Assembly: GCA_037440005.1 (NCBI GenBank)
Contig: JBBIUY010000054.1
Coordinates: 1 to 11,953, forward strand
From: Armatimonadota bacterium
GTDB lineage: Bacteria; Sysuimicrobiota; Sysuimicrobiia; Sysuimicrobiales; Kaftiobacteriaceae
Direction: 5' to 3'
DNA length: 11,953 nt
Shown here: positions 1 through 7,602 of the stretch, one piece after another
How the letters are laid out: every line of letters begins with the position of its first letter
Position numbering within the stretch: the stretch's first letter is position 1
Translations under genes and position numbers: made by a program
The notes under the pieces: model-generated
Database searches by the model: none
What the model saw: the letters and a program-made list of their open reading frames with translations, nothing else
Told to the model about the DNA's origin: nothing

Positions 1-2
1 CG

Positions 3-1451
3 CTGGACGACCAGGCCGCGTCCGCCGCCCAGGAGGTGGACCGGCTGGCCGGGGCCTGCGCCGAGCGGGCCGCGGCGGCCGGCCTGGCGGCCTCGGCCAG
101 AGAGCAGCTGGCCGCCCGCCGCGCCGCGCTGCTGGCCGCCCGGGACCGCCTGGAGGCCGAGCGGGCGAGTCTCGAAGCCGACGCGCTGCGCATCTGTCAG
201 GACGAGGCCGACCTCCACCAGGCGGTGGCCGACCGCCAGCGGGCGGTGGAGGAGGCCCAGGCCGAATTGCGCCGCCTGCAGGAAGCCCAGAGCCGGGCCG
301 CCGATCACCTGGCGGAGACCCGGGTGGCGCTGGCGGAAGCGGCCGGAGCCCTGGAGGCGGTGCACGCCCGCATCGACGAGCAGTCCCGGGCCGCCGCCGC
401 CGCCCGCGCCCGGGCGGAGGCGCTGGCGGGGGAGATGACGGTCCTGGACGGCGAGCTCCACCTGCTCGCCCACTCCCTCCAGACCGCCCGCCGCGACCGG
501 GAGGATCTGGCCGCGCGCCAGGAGGCGAGCCGCCGTCACCTGGCAGACCTCCATGCCGAGCGCACCCGCCTGCAGGAGCAGATGGCGGCCGCGGAGGCGC
601 GCTGGCGGGAGCTGCAGGAGACGGTGCGTGCCGTCGAGGACCAGGCCCACCGGCTGGAGGTGCGCCAGGCCCAGGTGGACGCCGAACTGGCCGCAGCTCA
701 GCGGCGGATCGCCGAGGAGTTCGGCGCCCGCTGGGAGGACGTCAGGGACATCCCCCTGCCGGGGGGGCGGGAAGAGGCCCGCCGGCGGATCGAGGAGCTG
801 CGCGCGCAGGTGGCCGCCCTGGGCCCGGTGAACCTGCGGGCGGTGGACGAGCACGCCGCCCTGGCGGCCCGTGTCCAGAGCCTGGAGGCCCAGGTCCAGG
901 ACGTGGAGCGGGCGCGGGCGGCGCTGGCGCAGCTGGCCGAGCGGCTGGACCGGATGGTGGCGGACCTGTTCAGCAAGACCTTCCGCGACGTCAACGACGA
1001 GTTCGGCCGGCTGTTCGCCCGCCTGTTCGGCGGCGGTCGGGCGCAGCTAGTGCTGGTGGAGGGCGAGCCCGGCACCGAAGCCGGCGTGGAGATCGAGGTG
1101 CAGCTGCCCGGCAAGACGCTGCGCAGCCTGTCGGCCCTGTCGGGCGGCGAGCGGGTCCTGGCGGCCCTGGCCCTGATCTTCGCCATGCTGCGGGTCCACC
1201 CCAGCCCGTTTTGCATCTTCGACGAGGTGGAGGCGGCCCTGGACGACGCCAACACCCGCCGGTTCACCCTGCTGCTGCGGGAGCTGGCCGAGCGCACCCA
1301 GGTGCTGATCATCACCCACAACAAGGCCACCATGGAGGCCGCCGACGTGCTGTACGGCGTCACCATGGAGACCCCGGGGGTGTCGAAGATCATCTCCATG
1401 CGCCTCAGCCGCCCCGCCCCCGTCCCCGAGGCGGCCGCGGCCCCCGCCTGA
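3..1451 (+). CDS. smc: Chromosome segregation protein SMC, C-terminal part (5' truncated by the window)
   Basis: The frame is open from base 3. A long Ala/Glu/Arg coiled coil is followed by LGPVNLRAVDE, the ABC signature LSGGE, Walker B/D-loop FCIFDEVEAALD and H-loop IITH. It lies directly upstream of ftsY, the usual arrangement. Confidence 0.97.
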   Translation: MDDQAASAAQEVDRLAGACAERAAAAGLAASAREQLAARRAALLAARDRLEAERASLEADALRICQDEADLHQAVADRQRAVEEAQAELRRLQEAQSRAADHLAETRVALAEAAGALEAVHARIDEQSRAAAAARARAEALAGEMTVLDGELHLLAHSLQTARRDREDLAARQEASRRHLADLHAERTRLQEQMAAAEARWRELQETVRAVEDQAHRLEVRQAQVDAELAAAQRRIAEEFGARWEDVRDIPLPGGREEARRRIEELRAQVAALGPVNLRAVDEHAALAARVQSLEAQVQDVERARAALAQLAERLDRMVADLFSKTFRDVNDEFGRLFARLFGGGRAQLVLVEGEPGTEAGVEIEVQLPGKTLRSLSALSGGERVLAALALIFAMLRVHPSPFCIFDEVEAALDDANTRRFTLLLRELAERTQVLIITHNKATMEAADVLYGVTMETPGVSKIISMRLSRPAPVPEAAAAPA

Positions 1452-1471
1452 CGGAATCGGGAGGGCAGGCG

Positions 1472-2374
1472 ATGGGGTGGGCGGAGCGTCTGCGTGCGGG
1501 GCTGGCCCGCACCCGCGACGCCCTGCGGTCCCGGGTCCTGCCGGCGCTGGGCCGGCCGCCCGCCGAGTTCCTGTCGGACCTGGAGGCGGCCCTGCTGCAG
1601 GCCGACGTGGGCGTGGCCGCCACCTCCCGCATCCTGGAGGAGCTGGCCCGCCGCCCGGCAGCTGGGGACGCGGAGGAGCGTCTGCGCGCGCTGCGCGAGA
1701 TCCTGCTGGACCTGCTCGGGCCCCCGGCGCCGCTGGTCCTGGACCCGCCCCCGGCCGCGGTCCTGGTCCTGGGAGTCAACGGATCCGGCAAGACGGCCAC
1801 CGCCGGCAAGCTGGCGGCCCGCCTGCGCCAGGAGGGCCGCCGGGTCATCCTGGCCGCCGCCGACACCTTCCGGGCCGCGGCCATCGAGCAGCTGGGGGTC
1901 TGGGCCGCCCGCTCGGGGGCCGACCTGGTCCGCCACGGTCCGGGCGCCGACCCCGCCGCGGTGGTCTATGATGCGCTGGCCGCCGCCCGGGCGCGCCGCA
2001 TGGACGTCGTGATCGCCGACACCGCCGGCCGCCTCCACACCCGCACACCCCTGATGGCGGAACTGGCCAAGATCGCCCGGGTGGTGGACCGGGCGCTGCC
2101 CGTCGGGCCCGTCGAGCGGCTGCTGGTGCTGGACGCCACCACCGGCCAGAATGCCCTGGCCCAGGCCCGGGCGTTCCACGACGCGGTGCGCCTGACCGGC
2201 ATCGTCCTGGCCAAGGTGGACGTCTCGCCCCGCGCCGGCGCCGCCCTGGCGGTGGCCGCCGACCTGGGCGTGCCGGTCAAGCTGGTGGGGGTCGGCGAGG
2301 ACGTCGCCGACCTGGGACCGTTCGACCCCGTCGCCTTCGTGGACGCCCTGCTGCCCTCCGCCGACGGCGGTTGA
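1472..2374 (+). CDS. ftsY: Signal recognition particle receptor FtsY (short NG-type, about 300 aa, no acidic A-domain)
   Basis: ATG 1472 follows SD GGGAGG (1459-1464). N-terminal amphipathic MGWAERLRAGLARTR, ALLQADVG, G1 GVNGSGKT, DTFRAAA, DTAGR, DATTGQN, GVGE and DLGPFDP are present. The ORF-track start at 1211 overlaps smc and is unlikely. Confidence 0.95.
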   Translation: MGWAERLRAGLARTRDALRSRVLPALGRPPAEFLSDLEAALLQADVGVAATSRILEELARRPAAGDAEERLRALREILLDLLGPPAPLVLDPPPAAVLVLGVNGSGKTATAGKLAARLRQEGRRVILAAADTFRAAAIEQLGVWAARSGADLVRHGPGADPAAVVYDALAAARARRMDVVIADTAGRLHTRTPLMAELAKIARVVDRALPVGPVERLLVLDATTGQNALAQARAFHDAVRLTGIVLAKVDVSPRAGAALAVAADLGVPVKLVGVGEDVADLGPFDPVAFVDALLPSADGG

Positions 2375-2400
2375 CATTCCGGCATCCCCGGCGGTAGAAT
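2371..2400 (+). promoter_or_regulatory. Sigma70/SigA-type promoter for ylxM-MTase-ffh and possibly downstream genes
   Basis: Perfect -35 TTGACA (2371-2376), 18-bp spacer, -10 TAGAAT (2395-2400), conspicuous in a very GC-rich background. The -35 overlaps the ftsY stop codon TGA. Confidence 0.85.
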
Positions 2401-2411
2401 ACCCGCGCAGG

Positions 2412-2433
2412 TGTAAAGTCATTTCACTTGACA
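2412..2433. promoter_or_regulatory. Imperfect inverted repeat, candidate operator upstream of ylxM
   Basis: TGTAAAGT-cattt c-ACTTGACA: arms 2412-2419 and 2426-2433 match at 7 of 8 positions with a 6-nt spacer. It is AT-rich and starts about 5 nt downstream of the predicted transcription start. Confidence 0.6.
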
Positions 2434-2448
2434 TACCTCCGTGCCGCC

Positions 2449-2829
2449 ATGGAGCGGGTGCTGGCCGAGCGCGTGTGGGTGGCCCGGCTGCTGGATACCT
2501 ACGGCGGACTGCTGACGGACCGCCAGCAGACCCTGCTGCGGATGTACTACCTGGAGGACCTGTCCCTGGGCGAGATCGCCGAGCGCCTGCGCGTGACCCG
2601 GCAGGCGGTCTTTGACAGCCTGCGCCGGTCGGTGCGCGAGCTGGAGCGGATCGAGGCGTCGGTGGGGCTGGTGGCGGTCGTCGACCGGACCTCCCGGCGG
2701 CGGGCCGAGGTGCACGCGCGGCTGGAGGCCCTGGAGGAGGCCATCGGGGACCTGCGGGGTCGGGTGGACGACGCGGTGCTGGCGCGGATCACCCGGGCGC
2801 TGGGAGCCCTGCGGCGGGCCCTGGGCTAG
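2449..2829 (+). CDS. ylxM: YlxM/UPF0122 family sigma-region-4-like HTH protein (SRP-associated)
   Basis: LLDTYGGLLTDRQQ...YYLEDLSLGEIAERLRVTRQAVFDSLRR...LERIEASVGL matches the YlxM pattern, and the position between ftsY and ffh is typical. ATG 2449 is preferred over TTG 2428, which lies inside the palindrome. Confidence 0.92.
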   Translation: MERVLAERVWVARLLDTYGGLLTDRQQTLLRMYYLEDLSLGEIAERLRVTRQAVFDSLRRSVRELERIEASVGLVAVVDRTSRRRAEVHARLEALEEAIGDLRGRVDDAVLARITRALGALRRALG

Positions 2830-2840
2830 CGGAGGCGGCC

Positions 2841-3476
2841 GTGGACACCCACTACTTTGCGCCGTCGCCGCGGGTGCGGTCGTCTCCCCGGGTGGTGCGG
2901 GCGCGCCTGCGGGGCCGCCAGTGGGAGTTCGTCACCGACCGGGGCGTGTTCGCCCGGGGCGGCGTGGACCGGGGGACGCGCCTGCTGGCGGAGGCGGTGC
3001 GGATCGAGCCCACCGACCACGTGCTGGACCTGGGCTGCGGGTACGGTCCTCTGGGCCTGGTGGCGGCCGCCCTGGCTCCGGCGGGGCGGGCCGTGCTGGT
3101 GGACATCAACGCCCGGGCCGTCGAGCTGGCCCGGGAGAACGCCCGGCGCCACGGGCTCGACAACGTGGAGGTCCTGCAGGGGGACGGGTGCGCACCGGTG
3201 GCCGGATGTCAGTTTGACGTGGTCGTGACCAACCCCCCCATCCGGGCCGGACGGGCGACCTGGCGGCGCCTGGTGCGGGAGGCGTGGACGGTCCTGCGCC
3301 CGGGAGGACGGTTCTACTTCGTGGCCCGGACCGCCCAGGGCGCCCGCACCCTGGCCCGGGAGGTGGCGGAGGTCTTCGGGACCGTGGTGGAGAGGGAGCG
3401 GGAGGCGGGCTACCGCGTCTACGAGGCGGTGCGCCAGCAGGCGTCGGGCCCGCCCCCGAAAGACGCGCGTGTTTGA
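2841..3476 (+). CDS. Class I SAM-dependent methyltransferase, RsmC/YbxB-like (MTS small domain)
   Basis: GTG start follows SD GGAGG (2831-2835). Contains N-terminal HYF, GVFARGGVDRGTRLL, motif I LDLGCGYG, VDIN and motif IV NPPIRAG. Confidence 0.9.
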   Translation: MDTHYFAPSPRVRSSPRVVRARLRGRQWEFVTDRGVFARGGVDRGTRLLAEAVRIEPTDHVLDLGCGYGPLGLVAAALAPAGRAVLVDINARAVELARENARRHGLDNVEVLQGDGCAPVAGCQFDVVVTNPPIRAGRATWRRLVREAWTVLRPGGRFYFVARTAQGARTLAREVAEVFGTVVEREREAGYRVYEAVRQQASGPPPKDARV

Positions 3477-4800
3477 GGGACTGCACGGCCGCCTCCAGCA
3501 GGCCCTGGGCCGCCTGACCGGCCGCGGCGTCCTCACCGAGGCCGACGTGGACGCGGCGTTGCGGGAGGTGCGGCGGGCGCTATTGGAGGCCGACGTCCAC
3601 TACCAGGTGGCCCGCGCCTTCACCGAGCGGGTGCGGGCGGCGGCGGTGGGCCAGCAGGTCCTGCAGCACCTGACCCCCGGCACCCAGGTGGTGAAGATCG
3701 TCTACCAGGAGCTGGTGCGCCTGCTGGGCGGCACGACCCGGGAGCTCCCCCTGGCGGACCCCCCGCCGACGGTCCTGGTGCTGGCGGGTGTGCACGGCTG
3801 CGGCAAGACCACCACCGCTGCCAAGCTGGGCCGGTGGCTGGCCCGGCGGGGCCGCCGCCCGATCCTGGTGGCCACCGACCTACGCCGTCCGGCGGCGGTC
3901 ACCCAGCTGGAGGTGGTGGCCCGGCAGGCGGGCGTGCCGGTGTTCGCGGTGCCCGGCGCCACCGACCCGCTGGCCGTGGCCGCGGCGGCCGTGGAGGAGG
4001 CCCGGCGGAAGGGCTGGGACGTGGTCATCGTGGACTCGGCCGGCCGCCCCCACGCCGACGACGCCCTGATGGACGAGCTGCGCCGGCTGCGGGAGGCGGT
4101 GCGGGCCCACCAGGTGCTGCTGGTGCTGGACGCCATGACGGGGCAGCAGGCGGTGGCCGTCGCGGAGCGCTTCCGGCAGGCGGTGGGGGTGGACGGACTG
4201 ATCGTCACCAAGCTGGACGGGGACGCCCGCGGGGGCGCGGTCCTGTCGGTGGTCGAGGTGACCGGGACGCCGGTCCTGTTCGCCGGGGTGGGCGAGACGG
4301 TGGACGGGCTGGAACCCTTTCACCCGGACCGCATGGCCTCCCGGATCCTGGGCATGGGGGACGTGCTCACTCTTATCGAGAAGGCCCAGGAGGCCGCGGA
4401 CGCCCAGGAGGCGGCTGCCCTGGAGCGCAGGCTGCGGCGGGCCGAGTTCACCCTGGAGGATTTCCGGGCCCACTTGGCTCAGGTGCGGCGCCTGGGGCCG
4501 CTGCAGTCCTGGACGGCGCTGCTGCCGCCGGGCCTGCGCCCGCCGGCGGGGGTGGCGGTGGACGAGGCGGCGCTGCGCCGGGCGCAGGCCATCATCAACT
4601 CCATGACGCCCCAGGAGCGGCGCCATCCGGACATCATCGACGGCAGCCGACGCCGGCGCATCGCCCGGGGCAGCGGGACCACCGTGCAGGACGTCAACCG
4701 GCTGCTGCGGCAGTACGAGGAGGTGCGCCGGCTGCTGCGCCAGGTCGCCGGGCGGCACGACCCGGGCCCCGGCGGGACCCGGGGCCGGCCCGGTCGGTGA
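3469..4800 (+). CDS. ffh: Signal recognition particle protein Ffh/SRP54
   Basis: MFEGL N-terminus, ALLEADV, G1 [50 protein letters not shown] and M-domain SMTPQER...[11 protein letters not shown]. Confidence 0.98.
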   Translation: MFEGLHGRLQQALGRLTGRGVLTEADVDAALREVRRALLEADVHYQVARAFTERVRAAAVGQQVLQHLTPGTQVVKIVYQELVRLLGGTTRELPLADPPPTVLVLAGVHGCGKTTTAAKLGRWLARRGRRPILVATDLRRPAAVTQLEVVARQAGVPVFAVPGATDPLAVAAAAVEEARRKGWDVVIVDSAGRPHADDALMDELRRLREAVRAHQVLLVLDAMTGQQAVAVAERFRQAVGVDGLIVTKLDGDARGGAVLSVVEVTGTPVLFAGVGETVDGLEPFHPDRMASRILGMGDVLTLIEKAQEAADAQEAAALERRLRRAEFTLEDFRAHLAQVRRLGPLQSWTALLPPGLRPPAGVAVDEAALRRAQAIINSMTPQERRHPDIIDGSRRRRIARGSGTTVQDVNRLLRQYEEVRRLLRQVAGRHDPGPGGTRGRPGR

Positions 4801-4861
4801 GGAAGGCGGAGAGCACGGGCCCGAGCGGGCCACACGCACTCTATCTCAGGGAGGAGAGGAC

Positions 4862-5134
4862 ATGGTCAAGATTCGTCTGATGCGGATGGGGGCCAAGCAC
4901 AAGCCGTTTTACCGGCTGGTGGTGGCCGACTCGCGGGCGCCCCGCAACGGCCGGTACATCGAGGCCATCGGGTACTACAACCCCACCACCGAGCCGTCCA
5001 CGATCCACATTGACGCCGAGAAGGCCCTGGCCTGGCTGCGCCGGGGCGCCCGGCCCAGCGACGCGGCCCGGGTGCTGCTCCAGAAGACCGGCATCCTGGC
5101 CCGGGCCGGCGGCGGGTCCCGCAGCGCGACCTAG
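4862..5134 (+). CDS. rpsP: 30S ribosomal protein S16
   Basis: [41 protein letters not shown]...WLRRGARPS, with a purine-rich SD upstream (GGAGGAGAGGA). Confidence 0.99.
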   Translation: MVKIRLMRMGAKHKPFYRLVVADSRAPRNGRYIEAIGYYNPTTEPSTIHIDAEKALAWLRRGARPSDAARVLLQKTGILARAGGGSRSAT

Positions 5135-5139
5135 CGGCC

Positions 5140-5385
5140 GTGGCGCAGCCCGGCGTCCGCGATCTGGTGGAGTTCATCGTCCGGGCGCTGGTGGACCGCC
5201 CGGAGGCGGTGGTGGTGCGGCAGGTGGAGGGCGAGCGCAGCATCATCCTGGAACTGCGGGTGGCCCCCGAGGACGTGGGCAAGGTCATCGGCCGACAGGG
5301 CCGGATCGTCAACGCCCTGCGGACCGTGGTCCGCGCGGCGGCGGTGCGCACGGGCAAGCGGGTGACTCTGGAAGTACTACAGTGA
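5140..5385 (+). CDS. khpA: KH-domain RNA-binding protein KhpA (YlqC/UPF0109)
   Basis: LVEFIVRALVDRPEAV...EDVGKVIGRQGRIVNALRTVV contains the GxxG KH loop. Conserved position after rpsP. The start codon is somewhat uncertain because there is no clear SD. Confidence 0.95.
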   Translation: MAQPGVRDLVEFIVRALVDRPEAVVVRQVEGERSIILELRVAPEDVGKVIGRQGRIVNALRTVVRAAAVRTGKRVTLEVLQ

Positions 5386-5429
5386 CCGGGGCGGGCGGTC
5401 CGTCCCGGGTCATCGGACGGGAGGCGTGC

Positions 5430-5834
5430 ATGGGCATCACCATCAGCCGGCCGGTGGTCATCAAGGCCATCGTCACCGAGGGATTCAAGCGGACCTACAT
5501 GCAGGACCTGGAGGAGGCCCTCCGGCGGGTGGAGGCCATCGAGCAGCAGCTGGACAGCCAGATCCGCCGCGCGGAGCTGGAGCGGACCATCACCCCCCAG
5601 GTGCGGGCCCTGCGCCAGCAGCTGGAGCTGGAGCGGGCGCGGCAGGAGGCGGCCCGGGCGGAGCTGCAGATGCGGCTGCGGGAAGCCGAGCAGCTGGAGC
5701 TCCACACCGAGTTCGCCCAGGGCACCGTGGAGAGCCTGGTGGAGGTCAACGTGGGCGACAACCTCTTCACCAAGCTGGGGCGGGCGGAGATCGTCGTCAA
5801 GGACGGCATCGTGGTGGAGATCCGGGACGGGTAG
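5430..5834 (+). CDS. ylqD: YlqD family protein
   Basis: ATG 5430 follows SD GGGAGG (5419-5424). ITISRPVVIKAIVTE, a coiled coil, and QGTVESLVEVNVGDN...EIVVKDGIVVEIR match the YlqD pattern. Located between khpA and rimM. Confidence 0.9.
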   Translation: MGITISRPVVIKAIVTEGFKRTYMQDLEEALRRVEAIEQQLDSQIRRAELERTITPQVRALRQQLELERARQEAARAELQMRLREAEQLELHTEFAQGTVESLVEVNVGDNLFTKLGRAEIVVKDGIVVEIRDG

Positions 5835-5838
5835 GCGC

Positions 5839-6360
5839 GTGGAGGGCCGGGGCCCGGCGTTCGTGGTGATCGGCCGCATCCTGCGGCCCCACGGCGTGCG
5901 CGGCGAGCTGGTGGTGGAGCCGGACACCGACTTCCCCGGCCGGTGGGACCACCTGACGCAGGCCGTGGTCCTGCAGGGGGACCGGGCCACGCCCGTCCAG
6001 GTGACGGCGGTGCGCCGCCACGGCGACCGCGTGCTGGTGCGGCTGGCCGGCGTGGACACGCCCGAGCGGGCCGCCGCGCTGCGGGGGGCGGCCCTGGCGG
6101 TCAGGCGGGAGGACGCGGTCCGCCCTCCGCCCGGCGCGCACTTCGTGTTCGAGGTCCTGGGGTTGCCGGTGGTCACCGAGGGAGGCGCGGAGGTGGGGAC
6201 GGTGACCGAGATCCTGCGCACGCCCGCCCACGACGTGTACGTGGTCACCGCCCCCGACGGCCGCGAGCACCTGATCCCGGCGGTCGGCGCGGTGGTGGTG
6301 GCGGTGGACCCCGCCGGCGGCCGGGTGGTCATCCGGCCGCTGCCGGGGTTGCTGGACTGA
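5839..6360 (+). CDS. rimM: Ribosome maturation factor RimM
   Basis: IGRILRPHGVRGEL N-terminal motif, PRC-barrel part with HDVYVV...HLIPAV and C-terminal LPGLLD. Located upstream of trmD. Confidence 0.96.
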   Translation: MEGRGPAFVVIGRILRPHGVRGELVVEPDTDFPGRWDHLTQAVVLQGDRATPVQVTAVRRHGDRVLVRLAGVDTPERAAALRGAALAVRREDAVRPPPGAHFVFEVLGLPVVTEGGAEVGTVTEILRTPAHDVYVVTAPDGREHLIPAVGAVVVAVDPAGGRVVIRPLPGLLD

Positions 6361-6411
6361 CCGACGGCTCCGACAGGCGGGCGACGGCGCCGGAGGGCAG
6401 GGGGAGGACGC

Positions 6412-7164
6412 ATGCGGGTGGACATCGTGACGATCTTCCCCGAGGCGTTTGCGCCCCTGGGCCTGAGCATCCTGGGCCGGGCCCGGGAACGCGGGCTGCT
6501 GGAGGTGGTGGTGTGGGACCTCCGCCAGTTCGCCCCGGGCCGCCACCGGCAGGTGGACGACGCGCCGTACGGCGGCGGGGCGGGGATGGTGATGAAGCCC
6601 GAGCCGTTCTTCGGGGCGGTGGACGCCATCCGGGCGGCCGTGCCGGACACCACCCCCCACATCATCCTCACCTCGCCCCAGGGACGGGTGCTGACCCACG
6701 CCGTGGTCCGGGAGCTGGCCCGGGAGGACCACCTGATCATCCTGTGCGGCCACTACGAGGGCGTGGACGAGCGCGTGCGGGAGGGGCTGGGCGCCGACGA
6801 AATCAGCATCGGTGACTACGTGCTCACCGGCGGGGAACTGCCGGCCATGGTGATCGTGGACGCCGTGGCGCGTCTGATCCCCGGCGTGGTGGGGGATGCG
6901 GCGTCGGTGGCCGCCGACTCCTTCGCCGACGGCCTGCTGGACTACCCCCAGTACACCCGGCCGGCCGAGTTCCGGGGCATGCGGGTGCCCGAGGTGCTGC
7001 TGTCGGGCGACCACGAGGCCATCCGGCGGTGGCGCCACGCCCAGCGTCTGGCGCGCACCCTGCGCCGCCGTCCCGACCTGCTCAAGGCCGAGGCCCTCAG
7101 CGAGGAAGACCGCCGGCTGCTGGAAGAGTTTGACATCGAAATCGACGGGCCCGATGTGCTATAA
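6412..7164 (+). CDS. trmD: tRNA (guanine37-N1)-methyltransferase TrmD
   Basis: [64 protein letters not shown] and LLSGDH, with SD GGAGG upstream. Confidence 0.99.
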   Translation: MRVDIVTIFPEAFAPLGLSILGRARERGLLEVVVWDLRQFAPGRHRQVDDAPYGGGAGMVMKPEPFFGAVDAIRAAVPDTTPHIILTSPQGRVLTHAVVRELAREDHLIILCGHYEGVDERVREGLGADEISIGDYVLTGGELPAMVIVDAVARLIPGVVGDAASVAADSFADGLLDYPQYTRPAEFRGMRVPEVLLSGDHEAIRRWRHAQRLARTLRRRPDLLKAEALSEEDRRLLEEFDIEIDGPDVL

Positions 7165-7165
7165 T
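7136..7165 (+). promoter_or_regulatory. Internal extended -10 promoter for rplS (and possibly lepB-rnhB) inside the trmD 3' end
   Basis: TGTG-C-TATAAT (7155-7165) is a perfect TRTGnTATAAT. A 4/6 -35 TCGAAA (7136-7141) sits at 18-bp spacing. A perfect TTGACA (7130-7135) is also present but 24 bp away. Confidence 0.75.
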
Positions 7166-7206
7166 GCTCCGTCGCGAGTCTGGCGCGGCACAGGAGGGTG
7201 CGCGGG

Positions 7207-7548
7207 ATGGACACGCTGGCCGTCGTGGAACGTCCCCAGCGGAAGGACGGCCTGCCCGACTTCTCCCCCGGGGACACGGTGCGGGTGCACCTGAAGGTGG
7301 TGGAGGGAGGGCGGGAGCGGGTGCAGGCGTTTGAGGGCGTGGTGATCGCCCGCAAGGGCGGCGGCCTGCGGGAGACGTTCACCGTGCGCCGCATCAGCCA
7401 CGGCGTGGGCGTGGAGCGGACGTTCCCCCTGCACTCCCCCCGCATCGAGCGCATCGAGGTGGTGCGCAAGGGCAAGGTGCGCCAGGCGAAGCTGTACTAC
7501 CTGCGGGGGAAGGTGGGGCGCGAGGCCCGGGTCAAGGAGAGCCGGTAG
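7207..7548 (+). CDS. rplS: 50S ribosomal protein L19
   Basis: [45 protein letters not shown] and [19 protein letters not shown] (7192-7197) favours ATG 7207 over GTG 7198. Confidence 0.98.
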   Translation: MDTLAVVERPQRKDGLPDFSPGDTVRVHLKVVEGGRERVQAFEGVVIARKGGGLRETFTVRRISHGVGVERTFPLHSPRIERIEVVRKGKVRQAKLYYLRGKVGREARVKESR

Positions 7549-7549
7549 C

Positions 7550-7590
7550 GCCGGCGCCCCGACCCCCCGGCGACGCCGGGCGGCGCCGGC
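7550..7590 (+). other. GC-rich intergenic stem-loop between rplS and lepB (no U-tract; possible pause, 3'-stabilising or processing structure)
   Basis: Outer stem GCCGGCGCC (7550-7558)/GGCGCCGGC (7582-7590) and inner stem CCCGGC (7566-7571)/GCCGGG (7575-7580). Confidence 0.45.
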
Positions 7591-7602
7591 ACGACACCTG
7601 CG

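Noticed and set aside
2428..2433. Second TTGACA as the -35 of a tandem promoter
   Set aside because: There is no -10-like hexamer 16-18 bp downstream. It is better explained as one arm of the palindrome.
4801..4861. ffh-rpsP spacer as SRP RNA or an S16 leader
   Set aside because: It is only 61 nt and lacks the SRP helix-8 motif (CAGG..GNRA..AGCAG). The only clear structure is a 5-bp GC stem (4818-4831), which is not significant at this GC content.
698..7038. Long antisense and alternate-frame ORFs (for example 698-2434, 4866-6740, 5797-7038, 3834-4880)
   Set aside because: They are shadow ORFs expected from high GC and codon bias. They overlap well-supported genes and have Arg/Pro/Gly/Ser-rich low-complexity translations.
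7130..7135. Perfect TTGACA as the -35 partner of TATAAT at 7160
   Set aside because: The 24-bp spacer is too long for sigma70. The extended -10 with TCGAAA at 18 bp explains the promoter better.
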